A DNA stretch of 64,000 nt from an uncultured Candidatus Saccharibacteria bacterium. GTDB lineage: Bacteria; Patescibacteriota; WWE3; UBA101185; UBA10185. Numbering within the stretch: position 1 is the stretch's first letter; every line of letters starts with the position of its first letter. The DNA is taken from NCBI GenBank assembly GCA_964643995.1, contig CAZXUJ010000001.1, positions 209,492 through 273,491 on the forward strand, given 5' to 3'. This document shows positions 57,984 to 64,000 of the stretch, in pieces. The notes beneath the pieces are model-generated. The model saw nothing but the letters and a program-made list of their open reading frames with translations. It searched no databases and was not told the origin of the DNA. The position numbers and the translations under genes were made by a program.

Positions 57984-58594
57984 TTTATCCCCATTGCCTG
58001 CAATGTTGCTACAAATACATCATCCGGGTGTGGTTCGGAATCAACATACACTATCTGGTAACGCTCACTTAGGTATTCCAAGACTTCACCAGATTCAATT
58101 TCATATAGATCCAAACGACGGTTTACCACATCCTCTTTATCGTCAGCACGTTGCACTAAATCTCCTTCGCATTCTTTTAGTTTCTCCGTTGGTAATGTAT
58201 ATATGTTGTATATTTGACCGTCAGTTTTACACATTCGTCGACCTGTTATCCTTTTCAGTGCGGAATCCCGAGATAGCGTGAAAACTACAACAAAATCAAA
58301 ACCGGGATCATATATTTCCAAATCAATAAGTTTTCTACCCCAACCATCTAAAATAAAGCCACTCTGAGAAGCCTCACTTGCGACTTTCTCTTTGTATAGG
58401 CTTGCCAAGAAATCCTGTGGAACTAATTCTCCTCTAGACATGAGTGCATGAACTTCTGTATAACGCGGGTGCTCCTGAGGTAGGGCACGCAACAAAGCAC
58501 CACCGCTAATGAGTGGTATATCAAGTTTCTGGCTTAACATATTTCCTATAGTACCTTTACCCGATGCGGGTGGACCAATTAATAAAATTTTCAT
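57980..58594 (-). CDS. adk: Adenylate kinase
   Basis: GPPASGKGT, GFILDG, R.DD. Confidence 0.9.
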   Translation of the reverse strand: MKILLIGPPASGKGTIGNMLSQKLDIPLISGGALLRALPQEHPRYTEVHALMSRGELVPQDFLASLYKEKVASEASQSGFILDGWGRKLIDLEIYDPGFDFVVVFTLSRDSALKRITGRRMCKTDGQIYNIYTLPTEKLKECEGDLVQRADDKEDVVNRRLDLYEIESGEVLEYLSERYQIVYVDSEPHPDDVFVATLQAMGIK

Positions 58595-58599
58595 AAAAA

Positions 58600-58869
58600 C
58601 TACATCCCTAGCATAGACATAATATCTGATGCTTGATCTTTCATTTTTTTCTCAGCTTTCTTGTCCACTTGTTTCATAGCATCGTTGATCAGATCTTTAA
58701 GATCCTTTCTTTCCTCACCCCCGATAACTACCTTTTCAATTCTCTTATCACCACGTATAAGCACAGAGTTGTTACCTCTCTCTTCGTTATGAAATATTTC
58801 CTCCAGTTGCCTTTTGATCTGGTCTTGCATTTTTTTGGCTTTTCTTAAAGTTGTAATTTTATCAAACAT
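58600..58869 (-). CDS. YbaB/EbfC-like nucleoid-associated protein
   Basis: AKKMQ..., short beta core, ..LINDAM.Q pattern; 89 aa. Confidence 0.55.
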   Translation of the reverse strand: MFDKITTLRKAKKMQDQIKRQLEEIFHNEERGNNSVLIRGDKRIEKVVIGGEERKDLKDLINDAMKQVDKKAEKKMKDQASDIMSMLGM

Positions 58870-58881
58870 ATACCTCCTAGA

Positions 58882-60144
58882 CTAATCTAAATAACCCTCA
58901 TAACTTCTTGTAACAGTTTGAGACTGAATTTGACGAATTGTTTCCAAAATTACTGAGACAACAATCAATAGTCCAGTCCCCCCAACTGCAAGATTCGAAA
59001 AGCTACCTCCTAAAATTGTCTGAATTATATAAGGTAATACAGCAATAATACCTAAAAACAAGGCTCCCCAGAAAGTTAAGCGCAATATCACTTTATTCAG
59101 GTACTCCGTTGTTGATTTACCAGGGCGAATTCCAGGAACGAAACCTCCTCTTTTTTTAATGTCTTCAGAAATCTTTTCGGGATTAAATTGCAAAGACGTA
59201 TAAAAAAATGTAAAGGCCATGACTAGAACAAAATAAAAAAGATTGTAACCCAAAGATGTTGCTGAAAAATGTAGGGTTAGAAAATAGCCTATGCGATTAA
59301 GTACTGGATTACCACTAGTTGACAAAGGGCCACTTAGCAAGGAAGGTACCAAAACTACTGAAACAGCAAATATTATGGGTATTACACCTGCTTGATTGAT
59401 TTTTATAGGTAAGTAGTTTGTAACTTTTGCGGAGCGTACTTCACGACGTCCATATTCCAAAGGAATTTTACGGGTACCTTCATTAACTAACACTACTGCA
59501 ACAATCACTAAAATCGTTAGGCCAATGTACAACAAATTTGTAAAAAAGTCCGTGGTCTGGGCTGTTGAAAAAAGCTGAATTGCAGAAGAAGGCAATTGAC
59601 CTATAATACCAACAAAGATCAACAGGGAAGTACCATTCCCAACACCATACTCTGTTGCCAAGTCACCTATCCATACCAAAATCATACCTCCTGCAGTAAG
59701 TGTAAGTATGAGAACTACGATATCTATAATTGACAAAGCAGGAATAATAAGCTGCCGATTCAAAAGGAAATAAACACCATAAGCCTGCAACAAAGAAATT
59801 GGTATAGTGAGAATACGTGTATACTGATTTATTTTTTCTCTTCCCTGCTCACCTTCCTTAGCTAATTCCTCAAGACTTGGAACTAAAGTGGTAAACAATT
59901 GGATGATTATAGAGGAATTAATGTAAGGGCCTAAGCCTAGAGTCACGATTGAGAAATTACTAAAACCACCACCACTAAAAATGTTAAATAACCCTAAAAA
60001 AGCGTTCTGCTGTACAAAAGATCTGATAACTGCGACATCGACACCCGGAACTGGTATAAATGCTAAAAACCTAAAAATTATAACTACCAAAACTGTGAAA
60101 ATCAGTTTCTTTCGTAATTCGGGTAGTTTAAGTGCTTTGATCAT
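58882..60144 (-). CDS. secY: Preprotein translocase SecY
   Basis: LGLGPYINSSII, GNGTSL, AGVIPIIFA, PGIRPG, GGTGLLI. Confidence 0.98.
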   Translation of the reverse strand: MIKALKLPELRKKLIFTVLVVIIFRFLAFIPVPGVDVAVIRSFVQQNAFLGLFNIFSGGGFSNFSIVTLGLGPYINSSIIIQLFTTLVPSLEELAKEGEQGREKINQYTRILTIPISLLQAYGVYFLLNRQLIIPALSIIDIVVLILTLTAGGMILVWIGDLATEYGVGNGTSLLIFVGIIGQLPSSAIQLFSTAQTTDFFTNLLYIGLTILVIVAVVLVNEGTRKIPLEYGRREVRSAKVTNYLPIKINQAGVIPIIFAVSVVLVPSLLSGPLSTSGNPVLNRIGYFLTLHFSATSLGYNLFYFVLVMAFTFFYTSLQFNPEKISEDIKKRGGFVPGIRPGKSTTEYLNKVILRLTFWGALFLGIIAVLPYIIQTILGGSFSNLAVGGTGLLIVVSVILETIRQIQSQTVTRSYEGYLD

Positions 60145-60566
60145 TTTTCTATTTTATCTTTTGCTGTTTGAGAAAAAATGAAACCCTTTAATTCTATCTT
60201 CTTAGTTAAGGCGCCTACACCCAAGACTTTTACTCCATGTTTTGGAACCGAACGTAAAATTCCTTTCTCAACCAACATTTGAGGGGTAACTACATCACCG
60301 TCATTAAATACATTAAAAGCGATAAGGTTTACACCACGAATTTGTTTTCTAGTAGGGTTGGTAAAACCGCCCATCTTTGGAAGTTTCTTGAAAAGAGTCA
60401 CCTGACCACCTTCAAAACCATACGGAATACTGTTACCTTGACGAGATTTTTGACCTTTTGTACCTTTACCCACCGTATGACCGCCTTTACCCGAACCATA
60501 CCCTCGACCAAGACGCTTATTTTTAGATTTGACACCATTTAATTTTTTTAGTTTTTTTAATTCCAT
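60141..60566 (-). CDS. rplO: 50S ribosomal protein L15
   Basis: GRGYGSGKG, KGQKSR, FEGGQ. Confidence 0.97.
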   Translation of the reverse strand: MELKKLKKLNGVKSKNKRLGRGYGSGKGGHTVGKGTKGQKSRQGNSIPYGFEGGQVTLFKKLPKMGGFTNPTRKQIRGVNLIAFNVFNDGDVVTPQMLVEKGILRSVPKHGVKVLGVGALTKKIELKGFIFSQTAKDKIEK

Positions 60567-60571
60567 GTTAG

Positions 60572-61036
60572 TTAATCAATTTTATCCTCAGGCGAGCGTA
60601 ATCTAGATAACGCGTTCAACGTACATACAAGATTACTCTGCTTGTTGTTGGAACCAATTAGTTTTGCAGAGATATTCTTAACACCAGCTAACTCCAAAAC
60701 ATGTCTAACGACACCCCCAGCAATTATTCCCGAACCCTCTGGTGCTGGCATGAGCTTTACGATCGAGGCTTTATACTTCTCGTTTACAGAGTGAGGAATG
60801 GTCCCCTCACGTATTTTTACATCAACAACATTTCTTCTTGCAATTTTTATACCTTTTTGTATCGCCGCAGCAATGTTAGGCGCTTTTCCTAACCCAGAAC
60901 CGATTTTTCCTTTTTTATTACCCACAACAACTAGTGCTGTAAATCTAACCTTGTTTCCGCCCTTAGTTTTTTTAGAAACTCTTTTCGTAGCAACAATTCT
61001 TTCTTCAAATTCCTTTGGTTGATGATAGAAATCCAT
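60572..61036 (-). CDS. rpsE: 30S ribosomal protein S5
   Basis: RVSKKTKGG, PAPEGSGIIAGG; start at ATG 61036. Confidence 0.97.
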   Translation of the reverse strand: MDFYHQPKEFEERIVATKRVSKKTKGGNKVRFTALVVVGNKKGKIGSGLGKAPNIAAAIQKGIKIARRNVVDVKIREGTIPHSVNEKYKASIVKLMPAPEGSGIIAGGVVRHVLELAGVKNISAKLIGSNNKQSNLVCTLNALSRLRSPEDKID

Positions 61037-61037
61037 A

Positions 61038-61397
61038 CTAGAACTTAAGACCTCCCTCTCTGGCACCATCGGCAAACACTTTCACTCTGCCATGATATTT
61101 GTAGCCATTGCGATCAAATACTATTTTTTCAATTTTTTTCTTTTTAGCAAGCTCTCCAAGCAATAAGCCAGCCTTTTTGGCAGCTTCTAGTTTGGGAGTA
61201 CCCTCATGCAGTTTTTTGATTTCTGTGAGCGGTAACCCAACCAAAGTCTTACCAGTCGTGTCATCTATAACTTGTCCATATATAAATCTATTTGATCTGA
61301 AAACTGACAGTCTCAATTTCTCCGGTATACCATAGACTTTCTTCCTGACGCGCAATTTTCTTTTCTCTTTTTTTGTTTTTAGTATTATCTTTTGCAT
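61038..61397 (-). CDS. rplR: 50S ribosomal protein L18
   Basis: RLSVFRSN, FDRNGYKYHGRV. Confidence 0.97.
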   Translation of the reverse strand: MQKIILKTKKEKRKLRVRKKVYGIPEKLRLSVFRSNRFIYGQVIDDTTGKTLVGLPLTEIKKLHEGTPKLEAAKKAGLLLGELAKKKKIEKIVFDRNGYKYHGRVKVFADGAREGGLKF

Positions 61398-61399
61398 AT

Positions 61400-61948
61400 T
61401 TATTTACCCGTTTTACCTGTTTTACCAGCTTTGCGCCTTACAACCTCGTCAATGTATTTTATACCTTTACCCTTGTAAGGCTCTGGTTTTCGTACCTTGC
61501 GTATCTCTGCAGCAACTTGACCAACAACATGTTTATCAATACCTCGTATAGTAATTGCCTTATCATCCTCTACTTCGAATTGTATATTATCTGGGGCATT
61601 ATAGACTACAGGATGAGAGTAACCAACAGCTAAAGAAATTCTTTTTGGGCTGTCTGATTTGACTCTATACCCTACACCAACTAATTCCAGCTTTTTCTCA
61701 AAACCGTTGGATACACCAATGATCATGTTTGCAACCAAAGCCCGAGCAAGCCCCCAATAAGCACTAGATTCCTTTGTTTCTCTTACAACTCTAAAATGGA
61801 TCTCACCGTCTTTTATATCAATACTTATCTCTGGACGAACGTCATAGCTAAGTTCACCCTTCGTACCTTTAACCACAACTCTGTTATCGCTTGAGGTGAC
61901 TGTCACGCCAGTAGGTATTTTAATGATTTTTTTTCCAATTCTTGACAT
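61400..61948 (-). CDS. rplF: 50S ribosomal protein L6
   Basis: MSRIGK, GVGYR, PEPYKGKGI; start at ATG 61948. Confidence 0.97.
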   Translation of the reverse strand: MSRIGKKIIKIPTGVTVTSSDNRVVVKGTKGELSYDVRPEISIDIKDGEIHFRVVRETKESSAYWGLARALVANMIIGVSNGFEKKLELVGVGYRVKSDSPKRISLAVGYSHPVVYNAPDNIQFEVEDDKAITIRGIDKHVVGQVAAEIRKVRKPEPYKGKGIKYIDEVVRRKAGKTGKTGK

Positions 61949-61949
61949 A

Positions 61950-62351
61950 CTAATAAATCTCGCAAATAACTTCACCACCCAATTTTCTTTTCCTTGCTTC
62001 AACATCAGAAACAACACCTCGTGAAGTAGAAACTACACGTATACCATAGCCATTCATAAACTTACGTAATTCTGATGCTTTTTTATAAATTCTACGGCCC
62101 GGTTTTGAAACTCTCTGGATATCTTTAAATGAAGAATTTCCAAGAGCATCATAAGCCAGTTCTAGGCGCATGTGCTTAAATGATTTACCCGACTCCTTGA
62201 ATACCTTCACATCGGATATAAATCCTGCAGACTTCAATGCTTTAGCAACTGCCTCACAATCCTTTGTGTGCATAACCTCTACAAAAGGCTTACCAACCAT
62301 GGATGCATTTTTTATTGAACTTATCATGTTTGACATTGCATCTAAACTCAT
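61950..62351 (-). CDS. rpsH: 30S ribosomal protein S8
   Basis: RVSKPGRRIY, STSRG, GGEV. Confidence 0.97.
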   Translation of the reverse strand: MSLDAMSNMISSIKNASMVGKPFVEVMHTKDCEAVAKALKSAGFISDVKVFKESGKSFKHMRLELAYDALGNSSFKDIQRVSKPGRRIYKKASELRKFMNGYGIRVVSTSRGVVSDVEARKRKLGGEVICEIY

Positions 62352-62366
62352 ATTATTCCCAAAGCC

Positions 62367-62552
62367 TTACCAGCTTGCTTTCATTACACCGGGTATTTCA
62401 CCTTTATGTGAAAGCTCCCTAAAACATTTACGACAAATTTGAAATCTACGCATAAAACCTCTTGGATTGCCACAAATTCTACATCTGTTATAGTGACGTA
62501 CTGCAAATTTATTTTTTTTCTTTTGCTTTTCAAGCAATGCTTTTTTTGCCAT
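62367..62552 (-). CDS. rpsZ: 30S ribosomal protein S14, Zn-binding type Z
   Basis: RCRICG...CRKCFRE...IPGV.KASW. Confidence 0.97.
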   Translation of the reverse strand: MAKKALLEKQKKKNKFAVRHYNRCRICGNPRGFMRRFQICRKCFRELSHKGEIPGVMKASW

Positions 62553-62558
62553 ATCTTA

Positions 62559-63101
62559 TTAACCCTTATTAAACGGCATGCCAATAGCCTCCAAGAAAGC
62601 TAAGCTATGCTCTCTACCTTTAGACTTAATTGTAAAATTGACCTGTAAGCTTCTGTTTCCCTTTACTTTGTTAGGATTTACTTCAGGAAATATAACATGC
62701 TCTCGTATGCCAACAGCAAAGTTACCACTTTGATCAAAAGAATTCAAATTCATACCTTTAAAGTCACGAACTCGAGGTAAAACAACACTAACAAATTTAT
62801 CAAGAAATGACCACATTTTTTCTCCGCGTAGTGTAACAGTATAACCTACAACGTCACCTTGTCGAATCTTAAATCCAGCAATTGATAACCTGGCTCTTGT
62901 AGGAGTAGGTGTTTGACCAGCTAAACCGGACAACTCCTCAACGAAAGAGTCAACAGCTTCACGATTTTCCCTGAATTCACCAATACCAGCATTTATAACA
63001 ATCTTCTGCAAGCGGGGTGCTTCCATAATATTTTTAAGATTAAGTTTTTTAACTATCTCACCGGCTATTTCGTTTTTATAACGTTCTCTAAGTCTATTCA
63101 T
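62559..63101 (-). CDS. rplE: 50S ribosomal protein L5
   Basis: KIVINAG, VTLRG, LPRVRDFKG, IFPE. Confidence 0.97.
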   Translation of the reverse strand: MNRLRERYKNEIAGEIVKKLNLKNIMEAPRLQKIVINAGIGEFRENREAVDSFVEELSGLAGQTPTPTRARLSIAGFKIRQGDVVGYTVTLRGEKMWSFLDKFVSVVLPRVRDFKGMNLNSFDQSGNFAVGIREHVIFPEVNPNKVKGNRSLQVNFTIKSKGREHSLAFLEAIGMPFNKG

Positions 63102-63408
63102 TTAGTAAATCTCCAGTTTTCTTTGATACTCTAACCTTTTTATTTGCCGTAATCTTAAAGCCTATTCTAACAGGGGAATCACTTTTTTCATCGTAATACA
63201 TCGCGTTAGAGATATGAATTGGTTTTTCGATTGAAACAATACCACCCTCTTTGTTCGCAGTATTACCAGCTTTGATATGCTTGCGCACCAGATTCACACC
63301 TTCAACTAGGATCCGATCATTTTCCAAATAGACCTTCAATACTTTACCTATCTTACCCTTGTCTTTACCTGCTATTATTTTTACTTTGTCATTTAAACGT
63401 ATTTTCAT
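63094..63408 (-). CDS. rplX: 50S ribosomal protein L24
   Basis: GKDKGK.G, VEGVN, PIHISN. Confidence 0.97.
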   Translation of the reverse strand: MKIRLNDKVKIIAGKDKGKIGKVLKVYLENDRILVEGVNLVRKHIKAGNTANKEGGIVSIEKPIHISNAMYYDEKSDSPVRIGFKITANKKVRVSKKTGDLLNE

Positions 63409-63409
63409 A

Positions 63410-63778
63410 TTACCAAACCTCTTTTGCTAACGAGGCAATTTTTAAATATCCACCATCCCTAAGTTCTCGAGCTACAGGCCCAAAAACTCTAGTACCTAAC
63501 ATATTCTTATCCTTTGCTATTATTACGCCTGCATTATCATCAAATCTTATATATGAACCATCCTTACGTCGTTTCTCTTTTTTTGTTCTAACAATAACCG
63601 CTTTATAAATTGTGTGGTCTTTAACAACACCACGCGAAGAGGCACCATCAACAACAACAGTTACAACATCACCAAGTTTGGCGAACCTTCTTTTAGAGTT
63701 ACCCGGAATACCAATTATTTTCAAAAACTTGGCGCCCGAGTTATCTGCTGCTTTCATTGATGAACCTACTTGTAACAT
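63410..63778 (-). CDS. rplN: 50S ribosomal protein L14
   Basis: ADNSGAK, IRFDDNA, GTRVFGPVAREL. Confidence 0.98.
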   Translation of the reverse strand: MLQVGSSMKAADNSGAKFLKIIGIPGNSKRRFAKLGDVVTVVVDGASSRGVVKDHTIYKAVIVRTKKEKRRKDGSYIRFDDNAGVIIAKDKNMLGTRVFGPVARELRDGGYLKIASLAKEVW

Positions 63779-63793
63779 TTTTCCTTAAATTTT

Positions 63794-64000
63794 TTACAAC
63801 TTTTCTACTATAACCCAACAAACTTCTTTACTAAAAGGTTTTGCTTCTTCAATCCAAACTACATCGCCTTCCTGTACGCCCAAATCATCATGTACTTTAA
63901 ATCTTCTGGTATTTTTCACCGTTTTGCCGTAAACAGAATGCGTTTTTGAGGCATCCACAGCTACAACTACAGTTTTTTGCATTTTTGTTGATACAACAGT
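63794..64000 (-). CDS. rpsQ: 30S ribosomal protein S17 (5'-truncated by window)
   Basis: VVSTKMQKTVVV...H..YGK...HD...GD.V.IEE.KP.SK. Confidence 0.93.
   Translation of the reverse strand, partial: TVVSTKMQKTVVVAVDASKTHSVYGKTVKNTRRFKVHDDLGVQEGDVVWIEEAKPFSKEVCWVIVEKL

Noticed and set aside
3077-62584. Many 60-156 aa ORFs antisense to or nested in real genes (e.g. 4152..4499, 44773..45192, 54418..54816, 57811..58281)
   Set aside because: Shadow frames of well-supported genes, with no motifs or independent expression signals.
1-64000. CRISPR arrays, tRNA/rRNA genes, IS or prophage genes, introns/inteins, alternative genetic code
   Set aside because: No repeat-spacer arrays, cloverleafs, transposases or integrases were seen; conserved genes such as recA are uninterrupted; TGA is used as a stop and RF2 is present.

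Overview
Core-genome segment of an AT-rich bacterium of the Candidate Phyla Radiation (Patescibacteria). The CPR call rests on the absence of rpmD/L30 between rpsE and rplO, a short GAD-less AspRS and CPR-type hypothetical proteins; a WWE3/Microgenomates affinity is inference. It uses standard code 11 (TGA is a stop). 1-26.5 kb is a large surface-glycosylation locus: GT2, GT4 and multi-TM GT-C glycosyltransferases, flippases, ugd and two NDP-sugar epimerases. 26.5-31.2 kb is an accessory block: a SpeD-like pyruvoyl decarboxylase plus EamA transporter, a stand-alone multi-TM sensor plus a small protein, and DUF2156 plus a soluble PAS histidine kinase. 31.2-53 kb is housekeeping: hup, ymdB, rny, recX, recA, gltX, dac, ybaK, aspS, recJ, secDF, prfB, a membrane-anchored Clp ATPase, a TasA-like protein and radC/XRE. 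53-64 kb holds the spc/alpha ribosomal operons. The most notable unannotated signals are (1) a complete transcriptional T-box riboswitch with an Asp (GAC) specifier and an ultra-short Stem I upstream of aspS, (2) a ~181-nt rod-like 6S-RNA candidate behind a near-consensus promoter upstream of rny, (3) a leaderless 38-aa repetitive hydrophobic peptide divergent from recA, (4) pervasive leaderless gene starts, and (5) a membrane-tethered Clp ATPase with degenerate pore loops. All structures were folded by eye; no searches were run.
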